64,000 nucleotides of DNA, taken from contig CAZHXG010000006.1 in assembly GCA_964536285.1 (NCBI GenBank), positions 2,303 through 66,302 of the forward strand. The letters are read 5' to 3'. This DNA comes from an uncultured Bifidobacteriaceae bacterium (lineage in GTDB: Bacteria; Verrucomicrobiota; Verrucomicrobiia; Limisphaerales; UBA11358). The position numbers and the translations under genes are program-made. The first letter of the stretch is position 1, and each line of letters begins with the position of its first letter. The notes below the pieces were generated by a model. That model saw nothing but the letters and a program-made list of their open reading frames with translations, did no database searches and was not told the DNA's origin. This document shows positions 9,189-18,642 of this stretch, piece by piece.

Positions 9189-10655
9189 TCAGGTTAACGT
9201 CGGTTTTTCCTTGTGCCACCCGGTATTCTGCTCGTAGGCGTGCGCAATTTTCAAGAGCATTTCTTCGCCGAAAGGCTTTCCAAGCAACTGCAAACCGATC
9301 GGCAATTTGGGCGATTTGGTGAATCCGCACGGAATACTGATGCCGCAGATGCCCGCAAGGTTGCATGAAATCGTAAAAATATCGCTCAAATACATCTGCA
9401 ACGGGTCGTCCGACTTCTCGCCGATCTTGAACGCCGCAGTCGGCGAAGTCGGCGTGACGATGGCGTCCACTTTCTCGAACGCCTTCAAAAAATCGTTGCG
9501 GATGAGCGTGCGGACTTTCTGTGCCCGCAAATAATACGCGTCGTAATAGCCGCTGCTCAAAACGTAAGTTCCGAGAATAATCCTGCGTTTAACTTCGTCG
9601 CCAAAACCCGCGCCGCGCGTTTTGCTGTAAAGTTCAACCGGATCGTTCCCATCCACACGCAAGCCGTAGCGGATGCCGTCGAACCGCGCGAGGTTCGCCG
9701 ACGCTTCCGCCGTCGCGATGATGTAATAAGTGGCGACGGCGTAATCCGTGTGCGGCAAGGAAATTTCCACGATTTCCGCGCCGAGTTCCTGAAATTTTTT
9801 CACGGCGGCATCAACGACGGCTTTCACTTCCGCGTCAAGCCCGCCGATCATGTATTCCTTCGGCAAACCAATTTTCAGTCCCTTGATTTTTCCGTCGAGC
9901 GCGGCGGAATAATTCGGAACCGGCTGGGGCACGCTTGTCGAATCGCGCGGATCAACGCCGCTCAAAACTCCGAGCATCGTCGCCGCATCGGAAACATTTT
10001 TCGTGAACGGCCCGATTTGGTCGAGAGAACTTGCGAACGCGACAAGTCCGTAACGCGAAACACGTCCGTAAGTCGGTTTCAATCCGACACAGCCGCACAA
10101 CGCGGCGGGTTGGCGGATCGAACCGCCGGTGTCCGAGCCGAGCGAGACAATCGTTTCATCCGCCGCGACGGCCGCTGCCGAACCACCGGATGAACCTCCT
10201 GGAATTCTTGAAATGTCCCACGGATTTTTGGTGACGCCGAACGCGGAATTTTCCGTCGAGCTGCCCATCGCAAATTCGTCCATGTTAAGGCGTCCGAAAA
10301 CAATCGCGCCCGCCGCTTTCAATTTTTCGATCACCGTCGCGTCGTAAGGAGAAATGAATTTGCCGAGGATTTTTGAGGCGCAATTCAGCGGCTGGTTTTT
10401 TACGGCGAGAACGTCTTTGATCCCGATTGGAATTCCGAGCAGCGGAAGGCTTGCGTTGCCGCCGCCTTGAGAAAGCAATCTGTCGGCCGCGTCGGCTTGA
10501 GCGAGTGCATCTTTGTCATCGTGGCTGATGAACGCGTGAATTTTTCCGTCCACGCGTCCGATTTGGTCGAGACATGACTGCATCACTTCGCGCGCGGAGA
10601 CTTCGCGTTTGGCGAGTTTGGCCGTGAGTTCGGAAATGGTGAGCCGGTTCAGCAT
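9189..10655 (-). CDS. gatA: Asp/Glu-tRNA amidotransferase subunit A
   Basis: Amidase signature [24 protein letters not shown]; [22 protein letters not shown]. Confidence 0.97.
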   Translation of the reverse strand: MLNRLTISELTAKLAKREVSAREVMQSCLDQIGRVDGKIHAFISHDDKDALAQADAADRLLSQGGGNASLPLLGIPIGIKDVLAVKNQPLNCASKILGKFISPYDATVIEKLKAAGAIVFGRLNMDEFAMGSSTENSAFGVTKNPWDISRIPGGSSGGSAAAVAADETIVSLGSDTGGSIRQPAALCGCVGLKPTYGRVSRYGLVAFASSLDQIGPFTKNVSDAATMLGVLSGVDPRDSTSVPQPVPNYSAALDGKIKGLKIGLPKEYMIGGLDAEVKAVVDAAVKKFQELGAEIVEISLPHTDYAVATYYIIATAEASANLARFDGIRYGLRVDGNDPVELYSKTRGAGFGDEVKRRIILGTYVLSSGYYDAYYLRAQKVRTLIRNDFLKAFEKVDAIVTPTSPTAAFKIGEKSDDPLQMYLSDIFTISCNLAGICGISIPCGFTKSPKLPIGLQLLGKPFGEEMLLKIAHAYEQNTGWHKEKPTLT

Positions 10656-10664
10656 CGAAAAAAG

Positions 10665-10952
10665 TTATTCCACAATTTTTGGAACGATGAAAAGTCCGTT
10701 GGCTTGTTTGGGTGCGTTGCGCATGGCTTCATCGTGTGGAAGCGACGGGTGGATTTCATCGGCGCGCGTGACGTTGACCATCGGAACCGCGTGGGCGGTC
10801 GGTTCGACGTTCGTCACGTCGAGTTCCCTCAATTTTTCGATGTAGCCAAGGATATTGCCAAGTTGCGCGCCGAGTTTTTTTTCTTCATCGGGAGCGAGCG
10901 CGATGCGCGCAAGATGTGCGACGTATTTGACATCAATTTGAGCGGCAGCCAT
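10665..10952 (-). CDS. gatC: Asp/Glu-tRNA amidotransferase subunit C
   Basis: 95 aa. VAHLARI...ILGYIEKLRELD...VEPT...FIVPKIVE; directly upstream of gatA. Confidence 0.95.
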   Translation of the reverse strand: MAAAQIDVKYVAHLARIALAPDEEKKLGAQLGNILGYIEKLRELDVTNVEPTAHAVPMVNVTRADEIHPSLPHDEAMRNAPKQANGLFIVPKIVE

Positions 10953-10958
10953 GCGCCC

Positions 10959-10987
10959 ATTGAAAACAGAAATCGGCTGCGCGGCAA
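10959..10987 (-). promoter_or_regulatory. Sigma70-type promoter of gatCA, leaderless geometry
   Basis: TTGCCG-17 bp-TTCAAT, then 6 nt, then ATG. Confidence 0.5.
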
Positions 10988-10990
10988 TTT

Positions 10991-11299
10991 TTATTCCTCA
11001 TCAAACTTCCGTCTGACGAGGGATTCGAGTTCGGTGAGGGCCTGAAGGGCGTCCGCGCCGCGAACATGCAGGGTCAATTTGCTGCCGGGACCGGCGGCGA
11101 GCATCATCAGTCCCATGATGCTCTTGCCGTTGATTTTTTCGCCGTCTTTTTCAACAAAGATTTCGCACGCGAACCGGTTGGCCGTCTTGACGAACATGGC
11201 GGCGGGCCGGGCGTGTATACCCAGCTTGTTCGAGATGGTGAGTTCTCTTTTAAGAAACTCTGTATCCGGCAATTTTTTCGCGCTCATCGGCTTGGACAT
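10991..11299 (-). CDS. ptsH: Phosphocarrier protein HPr
   Basis: GIHARPA (His15 site) and GKSIMGLMML (Ser46 site). Confidence 0.95.
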   Translation of the reverse strand: MSKPMSAKKLPDTEFLKRELTISNKLGIHARPAAMFVKTANRFACEIFVEKDGEKINGKSIMGLMMLAAGPGSKLTLHVRGADALQALTELESLVRRKFDEE

Positions 11300-11339
11300 C
11301 GGAACTTTAATTGCTGTCGTGAATTTGCGCCAATTAAAT

Positions 11340-12296
11340 TTACAATTGCGGCGGCTGGTTGCCCGGCGCCATGTGGGCGATAAGCCGGTCGTTCAATTCC
11401 TGCGCGGCGTTATAGCCGGATTTCTTCAATTTCGCCTGATATGCGGCGACTTCGACGAGCCGTGCCAGATCGCGTCCCGGTCGCACGGGAATGGTGATGT
11501 GCGGAACGTCTATGCCGAGAACTTTGACGAATTCCTGTTCCATGCCGAGCCGGTCAACGTCCGGAACCTCCTCCCACGGTTTGAGTGTGACGATGAGGTC
11601 AAGGGTTTTGTCGCGGCGGACACTTTTGATGCCGAACATGGCGGCGACATTGATGATGCCGATGCCGCGAATCTCCATGTGGTTGCGGGTCAGCTCGACG
11701 CTTGTGCCCAAGACTTCATGTCCGCCGACGAGCATCACCTTCGTCACGTCGTCGGACACAAGACTGTAACCGCGTTCGATCAGCGCAAGAACGGCTTCAC
11801 TTTTGCCGATGCCGCTGTCGCCGCGGATGATCACGCCCATGCCGAGGATGTCCACCATGCTGCCGATTTCCGTGCCGCGCGGTGCAAACATCGATTCCAA
11901 TTCGAGCGTCGCGTCGTTGATGAAAGTCATCGTGACCAGCGGTGTCTGGAAAACCGGCACGCCCGCCTTTTCAGTGGCGGCGAGAAGTTCCTTGTCCGGC
12001 TTTTGCCCGCGGCTGAAGACGATGCACGGGATTTTGTAGGCGAACAGATAGGCGTAGCGCGTCTCGCGTTGCGCGGTCGAAAGCGACCGCAGATAAAAAA
12101 ATTCCGCATGGCCGAACACCTGCACGCGTTTGTAGGCGAAATACTGCGTGAACCCGCTCAACGCGAGGCCGGGCCGGTTCACGGTCGGTTCGCGGATGAT
12201 GCGCTTCAATCCGGTCTCGCCCGCGATGAGTTTCATTTGCAACTCTTCGCCGTGCAACTTGAAAAATTGTTCAACCGTGATGGACGGATGTGCCAT
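11340..12296 (-). CDS. hprK: HPr kinase/phosphorylase
   Basis: VNRPGLALSG; Walker A GDSGIGKSE; LVSDD; HMEIRGIGII; IPVRPGRDLA. Confidence 0.96.
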   Translation of the reverse strand: MAHPSITVEQFFKLHGEELQMKLIAGETGLKRIIREPTVNRPGLALSGFTQYFAYKRVQVFGHAEFFYLRSLSTAQRETRYAYLFAYKIPCIVFSRGQKPDKELLAATEKAGVPVFQTPLVTMTFINDATLELESMFAPRGTEIGSMVDILGMGVIIRGDSGIGKSEAVLALIERGYSLVSDDVTKVMLVGGHEVLGTSVELTRNHMEIRGIGIINVAAMFGIKSVRRDKTLDLIVTLKPWEEVPDVDRLGMEQEFVKVLGIDVPHITIPVRPGRDLARLVEVAAYQAKLKKSGYNAAQELNDRLIAHMAPGNQPPQL

Positions 12297-12299
12297 AAA

Positions 12300-13052
12300 T
12301 CACAAATTAAATTCCGGGCCTAGATAAATTTCCCGCGCCTTCGGATCGTTCGCCAGAAATTCCGACGAGCCTTCGACCAGCACCTGACCTTTGTGGATGA
12401 TGTAGCCGCGGTCGATCAATTTCAAGGTTTCCCGCACGTTGTGATCCGTGATCAAAATTCCCAGCCCGCGTTCCTTCAGCCGCCGCACAATCTTCTGCAC
12501 TTCATAAACCGCAATCGGGTCAATGCCGCTGAACGGTTCGTCGAGCAACAGCAACTTCGGACTCGTCACCAACGCGCGTGTGATTTCCAGCCGTCGTTTT
12601 TCGCCGCCGCTCAACTGATACGCCTTGCTTTTGGCCACCGGAGTCAAATCCAGTTCTTCCAGCAGATACTTCAACCGCACCACGCGCTCGTCGTCCGACA
12701 TTTCGCACGTCTCCAAAATCGCCAGGATGTTTTCCTCGGCCGTCAGTTTGCGAAACACCGACGGCTCTTGCGTAAGATAACCGATGCCCAGCCGCGCGCG
12801 CTTGTGCATCGGCAGCGACGCGATGTCGCGACCGGCGAATTTCACCGCGCCTTTGTCCGGTTTCACGATGCCGACGACCATGTTGAAGGTCGTCGTCTTG
12901 CCCGCGCCGTTCGGGCCGAGCAGCCCGACGATTTCGCCCGCGTTCACGTTGACGGAAACGCCGTCCACCACGAGCCGTCCGTGATATCCTTTCGCCAGTT
13001 TTTCCGTGGCGAGCAGCAGGTCTTTGGATTTTTTTGCCGCGTATGTTTCCAT
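12300..13052 (-). CDS. lptB: LPS export ABC ATPase
   Basis: [54 protein letters not shown]. Start moved to METYAA because the ORF-track start at 13115 overlaps lptA. Confidence 0.95.
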   Translation of the reverse strand: METYAAKKSKDLLLATEKLAKGYHGRLVVDGVSVNVNAGEIVGLLGPNGAGKTTTFNMVVGIVKPDKGAVKFAGRDIASLPMHKRARLGIGYLTQEPSVFRKLTAEENILAILETCEMSDDERVVRLKYLLEELDLTPVAKSKAYQLSGGEKRRLEITRALVTSPKLLLLDEPFSGIDPIAVYEVQKIVRRLKERGLGILITDHNVRETLKLIDRGYIIHKGQVLVEGSSEFLANDPKAREIYLGPEFNL

Positions 13053-13059
13053 TTCAAAA

Positions 13060-13626
13060 TTATTTTGGCGCGGCCGGTTTGTTTGTGTTCGCCGTCCGCG
13101 AATTTGTCCCTCCATGCGCGCCGTCCGGAATCTGTTTTAAAATCATGTGAGGATTGATGAATTGAACCTGGTCGGCGGCGCGATGCCAGATGATCACGTC
13201 GCCGGCCTGCGTCCCTTGCGCGTTCACAATTTGGGGATTGCCCGTCAGCGTCACTATTTCGTTCGTCGCGCCGTTTTTGACCTGATAAACATAGACCGCC
13301 TTCTCGCTGGTCGTGTGCATCGGCTGGCCTTTTGCGTCCGTCGAATCAATGACCACGTTCGTCTCGGCGACGATGTGTTCCATGCGTCCGCCCGGCTGCG
13401 GCAAATCCGCGACAAGCCATTCGCAGCGCAGCTTCATCTGCGGATCGCTCACGCGCACGTTGCCGCGATAGATAGCCTTGTGTGCGGTCAGGTCGAAATC
13501 CGCCTTGTCCGAATCAATCTGCGTCGGGCCGTGCGGCGTCTGCGGCGCGGCGGTCGTATTTGTTTGCGCGTTCAAATTTAAACTGTTGGTTGTTATGAAC
13601 AATGCGATGAGACAAAACTTTTTCAC
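13060..13626 (-). CDS. lptA: LPS transport periplasmic protein (OstA/LptA family)
   Basis: Signal peptide; IDSDKADF...AIYRGNVRV...LTGNPQI...GDVIIW beta-jellyroll pattern; position between lptC and lptB. Confidence 0.85.
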   Translation of the reverse strand: MKKFCLIALFITTNSLNLNAQTNTTAAPQTPHGPTQIDSDKADFDLTAHKAIYRGNVRVSDPQMKLRCEWLVADLPQPGGRMEHIVAETNVVIDSTDAKGQPMHTTSEKAVYVYQVKNGATNEIVTLTGNPQIVNAQGTQAGDVIIWHRAADQVQFINPHMILKQIPDGAHGGTNSRTANTNKPAAPK

Positions 13627-14087
13627 GGTGCAACTTTGTTTTCGGTCGTGCTTTCAACCACTGTGTGGACGCGGTTCGAAATGGTGAGCAATGAATCGTT
13701 TTGCCGCCACAAAAAACCTTCGCCATCGACGCGGAAGCTCCCGCTGCCGTTCTGCAATTTCAACGGCCCCGCCGAATTCGCCACGCCCTTCAATGAATCG
13801 TAAACGCATTCCGGCGCGTTCACGATCATTTCCGGTTTGCCGTCCGCGTCAAAAGTTTCCAGCTTGAGTTTTTTTATGACGAGCAGGCCGCCCGCTTGCG
13901 GCTGCGCCTCCGCGCCGGACAGACGCGACTTCATCCGCTGCTGGTTCGGGGCCGCAAAATATTCCACCGAAGTGAAATCGCTCGCGTGGCTCAAGCCGTT
14001 CTGCTGCGTCCACGCGCGCCCGCCGCAAAAAACCAATGCCGTAAGAACTGACAAAACCGGGACGGCGCTGTTCAATCCAGCTTTCAT
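13623..14087 (-). CDS. lptC: LptC-like LPS export protein
   Basis: N-terminal hydrophobic anchor plus beta-rich domain; canonical kdsC-lptC-lptA-lptB order. Confidence 0.65.
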   Translation of the reverse strand: MKAGLNSAVPVLSVLTALVFCGGRAWTQQNGLSHASDFTSVEYFAAPNQQRMKSRLSGAEAQPQAGGLLVIKKLKLETFDADGKPEMIVNAPECVYDSLKGVANSAGPLKLQNGSGSFRVDGEGFLWRQNDSLLTISNRVHTVVESTTENKVAP

Positions 14088-14629
14088 TCCGAATAATGTT
14101 CCACGAACGGCTGCCAGATTCCCTGCGCCTTCAAAATCATCTCGACCACTTCGCGCACCGCGCCGTGTCCGCCCGCCGCCTGCGTGACAAAATACGCCGC
14201 CGCCTTCGCCTCGGCCACGCCGTCCGCGACCGCGACGGAGAATCCCGCGCGCTTCAACGGCCCCAGATCCACAATGTCGTCACCGACGAAACAGACCTCG
14301 TCCCAGCCCGATTTTTCCTGCGACAAAAGTTTTTCAATCGCCGCCGTTTTACTCTGTTTGTCGTTCTGCTCGACGAGAAAATGAATTTTCAATTCCTGCG
14401 CACGAATTTTTGTAGCGGGTGACGGACGTGCCGAGACCCAGCCGATCTTCAGACCCGCGCGCCGCGCCAGCACAAGGCCGAGTCCGTCGCGGATGTTGAA
14501 GCGCTTGAATTCGCGCTCGCCGCCGATGAAAACCGAGCCGTCCGTGAGCACGCCGTCCACGTCGCAAAGGAAAAGTTTTACGCGCGCCAGTTTCTTTTTG
14601 AACGAAGATGATGAAATCAGTTTTAGCAT
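14084..14629 (-). CDS. kdsC: KDO-8-phosphate phosphatase (HAD family)
   Basis: DVDGVLTDG, RDGLGL, VGDDIVDL, GGHGAVREVVEMILKAQ. Confidence 0.93.
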   Translation of the reverse strand: MLKLISSSSFKKKLARVKLFLCDVDGVLTDGSVFIGGEREFKRFNIRDGLGLVLARRAGLKIGWVSARPSPATKIRAQELKIHFLVEQNDKQSKTAAIEKLLSQEKSGWDEVCFVGDDIVDLGPLKRAGFSVAVADGVAEAKAAAYFVTQAAGGHGAVREVVEMILKAQGIWQPFVEHYSE

Positions 14630-14630
14630 T

Positions 14631-15452
14631 TTAGCGGACGGCGTTGAAAACCTTGAGCAAACTTTTCAGCAACGCGGACATCTCGGCGAGCGGAATCATG
14701 TTTGGGCCGTCGCTCAACGCCTTGTCCGGTCGCGGATGTGTTTCCAGAAAAATTCCGTTCGCGCCGGATGCGAGCGCCGCGCGCGCGAGCACGGTCGCGA
14801 ATTCACGCTGCCCGCCCGACTTGTCGCCGCCGCCGCCGGGCAATTGCACTGAATGCGTCGCGTCAAATACGACCGGAAAGCCGAACGACTTCATGATCGG
14901 GATCGAGCGCATGTCGGCGACGAGATTGTTGTAGCCGAAGGTTGTGCCGCGCTCGGTGAGCAGGATTTTTTTCGCGCCCGCGCGTTTTGCTTTTTGCGCG
15001 ACCTGACCCATTTCAGTCGGCGAAAGGAATTGGCCTTTTTTCAGGTTCACGATCTGGCCGGTCGCGACGGCGGCCTCGATCAGATCCGTCTGGCGGCAGA
15101 GAAACGCGGGGATCTGCAAAATGTCCACGACTTCGCCGACGACGGCGGCGTGCGACTCGTTGTGGATGTCCGTGAGCACCGGCACGCCGAACTCTGCGCG
15201 GACTTTGGCGAGCACTCGCAGGCCTTCGTCGAGACCCGGCCCGCGAAACGATTTTGCGGACGTGCGGTTCGCCTTGTCGAAGCTGGCCTTGAAGACGTAA
15301 AAAATGCCGAGCGACGCGCAAATTTTTGTCAGCGAGGCGGCGACTTGCACGCACAGCTTTTCATTTTCGATCACGCACGGCCCGGCGATCAAAAACAATT
15401 GGCGCGGCGAATTGAGATTTTTCCAGATGGCGGCGTCGTTGAGCACGCGCAA
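14631..15452 (-). CDS. kdsA: KDO-8-phosphate synthase
   Basis: [55 protein letters not shown]. Confidence 0.97.
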   Translation of the reverse strand: MRVLNDAAIWKNLNSPRQLFLIAGPCVIENEKLCVQVAASLTKICASLGIFYVFKASFDKANRTSAKSFRGPGLDEGLRVLAKVRAEFGVPVLTDIHNESHAAVVGEVVDILQIPAFLCRQTDLIEAAVATGQIVNLKKGQFLSPTEMGQVAQKAKRAGAKKILLTERGTTFGYNNLVADMRSIPIMKSFGFPVVFDATHSVQLPGGGGDKSGGQREFATVLARAALASGANGIFLETHPRPDKALSDGPNMIPLAEMSALLKSLLKVFNAVR

Positions 15453-15492
15453 GTTTTAGCAGCGGCGCGACAGAAAGTAAATGCGGCGAATT

Positions 15493-16800
15493 TCAAATCA
15501 CCGTCCCGTGCGGGATGACGGCGTTTTTGGGAATGATGACGATGCCGTCGCGGATGAAATAAAGTTCATGGTCAACGCTCTCGGCTTTTCCGGCGGGCGA
15601 AATCGTCACGTTGTTCCCGATGCGCGCGTTTTTATCAATGATGGCGTTTTCAATTTTGCATTGCGCGCCGATGCCGATGCGCGGCTTACCTTCGCGTTCG
15701 TGTTTCTGGATGGATTCCTGATGCTCGTAATCATCGCTGCCGAGGATGATGACGCGGTTCAATTCCGTTCCCGCGCCGACAAATGTCCGCAGTCCGACGA
15801 TTGAATTTCTGATATGTGCCTGATTGATGATGCAGCCGTCGGTGACGAGCGCGTGTTCGATGTGCGCGCCGTTGATTTTCGAGCCGGGCAGGTAGCGCGG
15901 GCGGCTGAAAACCGGCGCGCTCATGTCGAAGAAATTGAAGCGCGGCAGTTCGGAAACCAGATCCAGATTCGCCTCGAAAAAGGAGCGGATCGTGCCGATG
16001 TCCTCCCAGTAGCCTTGAAAGACGTAGGAAAAAACGCGGTGCGTGTTGATGGCATGCGGGATGATGTGCTTGCCGAAATCGGACAGGGGATTGTCGAGCA
16101 GGTCGCGGATCAAATTGCGGTTGAAAACGTAAATACCCATCGAAGCGAGGAATGATTCGCCGTCACCCTTGATTTTGAGCGAGGATTTTAAAGCCGGTTG
16201 CAGCTTCAATGAATCAAGCTCGCCGGCTTCCCTTGGTTTTTCCACAAAGCGCGTGATGCGGTGGTCGTCGGCGATCTGCATGATGCCGAGTGATTGCGCC
16301 TCCTGGCGTCCGACGGGGATTGTCGCGACGGTGATGTCCGCGCCTGTTTCGATGTGCTGTGTGACAACGCTGCGGAAATCCATCCGGTATAATTGGTCGC
16401 CGCTCAAGATGATGAGGTAATCGAAATCGTGGTTGAGGAAGTGGACCAGATTTTTCCGCACCGCGTCCGCCGTGCCTTCATACCACGAGGTATTGGTGAG
16501 CGTCTGCTGGGCCGCGAGGATTTCCACGAAGCCGTTCGAGAACTGGTCGAATTTGTACGTGCGCGAAATGTGCCCGTGCAGCGAAGTGGAATTGAACTGC
16601 GTCAAGATGTAGATGCGTCGGAAACCGGAGTTGATGCAGTTCGAGATCGGGATGTCCACGAGCCGGTATTTTCCCGCCAGCGGCACGGCGGGTTTGGCTC
16701 GGTCTTTCGTCAGCGGGAACAGCCGCGCGCCCTGGCCGCCGCCCATGATGACGCAAAGGACTTTGCTGACGTTGATGGATTGGCGATTTGTCTGTGGCAT
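15493..16800 (-). CDS. glgC: Glucose-1-phosphate adenylyltransferase
   Basis: GGGQGARLFPLTKDRAKPAVP, WYEGTADAV, LSGDQLYRMD, ASMGIYVF, DFGKHIIP, YWEDIGT. Confidence 0.97.
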   Translation of the reverse strand: MPQTNRQSINVSKVLCVIMGGGQGARLFPLTKDRAKPAVPLAGKYRLVDIPISNCINSGFRRIYILTQFNSTSLHGHISRTYKFDQFSNGFVEILAAQQTLTNTSWYEGTADAVRKNLVHFLNHDFDYLIILSGDQLYRMDFRSVVTQHIETGADITVATIPVGRQEAQSLGIMQIADDHRITRFVEKPREAGELDSLKLQPALKSSLKIKGDGESFLASMGIYVFNRNLIRDLLDNPLSDFGKHIIPHAINTHRVFSYVFQGYWEDIGTIRSFFEANLDLVSELPRFNFFDMSAPVFSRPRYLPGSKINGAHIEHALVTDGCIINQAHIRNSIVGLRTFVGAGTELNRVIILGSDDYEHQESIQKHEREGKPRIGIGAQCKIENAIIDKNARIGNNVTISPAGKAESVDHELYFIRDGIVIIPKNAVIPHGTVI

Positions 16801-16955
16801 AAAATTTTCGGCGCGTGAAAAATCTAACGCCGACAGCCGTCGCGATGCAAGCCGCAGATTTACGCGTGCAAAATCTTTTACGGCGATTGACTTGGCCGAG
16901 GACTTTTGAAACGCTGGTCAGGAAGTCTTAAAACAAACCTCAACCCGACAAAACT

Positions 16956-17222
16956 ATGAAAAAAAGACTGACCTATGTTTCTCCGCTTCAACTTGGAATC
17001 GTGCTCGCCGTTCTTTATGGCGTGATATCGCTGATCATCGTTCCATTTCTTATTCTTGGCGCAATATTTGGCCATGCCGGCTTCGGCGCGGTTTTTGCGA
17101 TTTTCTTTCCGGTGATTTATGCCGCAGTCGGATTCATCGGCGGCGTGATTACCGCCTTCGTTTACAACCTCGTTGCCAAATGGACGGGCGGCGTCGAATT
17201 CGTAACTTCGGACACGCCGTGA
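16956..17222 (+). CDS. Small membrane protein, DUF3566-like
   Basis: 88 aa. Two hydrophobic helices; ends YNLVAKWTGGVEF. Family name is recalled, not searched. Confidence 0.7.
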   Translation: MKKRLTYVSPLQLGIVLAVLYGVISLIIVPFLILGAIFGHAGFGAVFAIFFPVIYAAVGFIGGVITAFVYNLVAKWTGGVEFVTSDTP

Positions 17223-17228
17223 TCGGAT

Positions 17229-18512
17229 TTAATTTTTGCGCGTGATGAACGGCGCGAACTCGTCGTGGTGCTGCGGCGGAATGCGGACTTTGAAGCGCGC
17301 GGTCTTTCCGTTGTAACGGCGTTCGATGACCTGACCGACCTTGTGCAGGCGCGCGATGGCGGCGGACTGTTCGTGCGGAATCCGCAGTTCCAAAAATTCT
17401 CGGTTCGGTTTCAATTGCGTTCCGAGTTCGGCGAGCAAGGTTGGAATTCCGTTGCCCGTCGTCGCGGAAATTCCGACCGCGTGCGGAAATTTTTCCTGCA
17501 ACCGGTTCAACGCGCCGCCATCCAATTTATCCATTTTGTTGAAGACCATGATGGTGGATTTTTCGTCCGCGCCGATTTCTTTCAAAACGGAATTGACGGC
17601 GGCGATCTGCTCCTCGGCCTGCGGATGGCTGATGTCAACGACGTGCAACAACAAATCCGCCTGCACGACTTCTTCGAGCGTCGCCTTGAACGCCTCGACC
17701 AGTCCGTGCGGCAATTTTTTTATGAATCCGACCGTGTCCGTCAGCAAAACGTTCTGGTTCGTCGGCAATCTCAAACGGCGCGTCGTCGGGTCGAGCGTGG
17801 CGAACAAAATATCCTTCACCAGAACATCCGACCCGGTGAGCGCGTTGAGCAAGGTGGATTTTCCGGCGTTCGTGTAGCCGACAATCGAAGCGAGCGGCCA
17901 GTTGCTGCGCTGGCGTCCGGCGCGCTGCGTTGCGCGCTGGCGGCGGACGGTGTCGAGGTCGCGCGAAATTTTGTCAATGCGTTCGGAAACTTTGCGGCGG
18001 TCGGCTTCAAGTTGTGATTCGCCCTCGCCGCCGCGCATGCCGATGCCGCCGGCCTGCCGCGACAAGTGGCCCCAGAATTTTGTGAGCCGCGGCAGCAAGT
18101 GCTGCAACTGCGCGAGTTCGATCTGCAACTTGCCTTCGCGCGTCTGCGCGCGTCGTGCGAAGATGTCGAGAATTAGCGACGTGCGGTCCAGTATTTTGCA
18201 GTTGAAGATTTTTTCGAGGTTGCGGCTTTGCGCGGGCGAAAGCTCGTCGTCGAAAATCACGGTGTCAACGTCGTTGCGTCTGCAGAAATCTGAAAATTCT
18301 CCGGCCTTGCCTTTGCCGATGAACGTCGCGGCTTGCAGCGATTCCATTTTTTGAATCCCGTCGCCGACGACTTCCGCTCCGGCGGTTTGCGCCAGTTCCC
18401 CGAGTTCGGCGAGCAACTCGCGCGTGTCGGTGCCGTTGCGCGATTTGAGTTCGACGGCGACGAGGAAGACCCGTTCCGGCCGCGTGTTTCTGGTTTCGAT
18501 GAGTGCTTTCAA
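17229..18512 (-). CDS. hflX: Ribosome-associated GTPase HflX
   Basis: IGKGK, ILDIFARRAQTREGKLQIELAQL, VGYTNAGKSTL, FATLDPT, DTVGFI. Probable TTG start at 18512; the ORF-track start at 18620 runs into the divergent promoter. Confidence 0.95.
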   Translation of the reverse strand: MKALIETRNTRPERVFLVAVELKSRNGTDTRELLAELGELAQTAGAEVVGDGIQKMESLQAATFIGKGKAGEFSDFCRRNDVDTVIFDDELSPAQSRNLEKIFNCKILDRTSLILDIFARRAQTREGKLQIELAQLQHLLPRLTKFWGHLSRQAGGIGMRGGEGESQLEADRRKVSERIDKISRDLDTVRRQRATQRAGRQRSNWPLASIVGYTNAGKSTLLNALTGSDVLVKDILFATLDPTTRRLRLPTNQNVLLTDTVGFIKKLPHGLVEAFKATLEEVVQADLLLHVVDISHPQAEEQIAAVNSVLKEIGADEKSTIMVFNKMDKLDGGALNRLQEKFPHAVGISATTGNGIPTLLAELGTQLKPNREFLELRIPHEQSAAIARLHKVGQVIERRYNGKTARFKVRIPPQHHDEFAPFITRKN

Positions 18513-18556
18513 TTTTCTGCGGACGGCATCATAGCACAACCGGCGGATTCCGCGAT

Positions 18557-18575
18557 TTGATTTTGGAGAAATCAA
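18557..18575. promoter_or_regulatory. Inverted repeat upstream of the sigma54-type promoter (candidate regulator site)
   Basis: TTGATTT-N5-AAATCAA, perfect 7-bp arms. Confidence 0.45.
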
Positions 18576-18613
18576 GCAAATGTGCATTAAAATTGGCTCA
18601 AAATAAAGCGATT

Positions 18614-18630
18614 TAGGCACATCGCTTGCT
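18614..18630 (+). promoter_or_regulatory. Sigma54 (RpoN) -24/-12 promoter
   Basis: TAGGCAC-ATCGC-TTGCT. Exact GG-N10-GC spacing; close match to consensus TGGCAC-N5-TTGCW. Confidence 0.75.
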
Positions 18631-18642
18631 GTCTGAACCCGC

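Noticed and set aside
11079-12323. 414-aa plus-strand ORF, and similar long antisense ORFs (4239-5249, 29978-31249, 46304-47281, 57812-58642)
   Set aside because: Shadow ORFs opposite well-supported genes, as expected from GC-rich third-position bias; no recognisable motifs.
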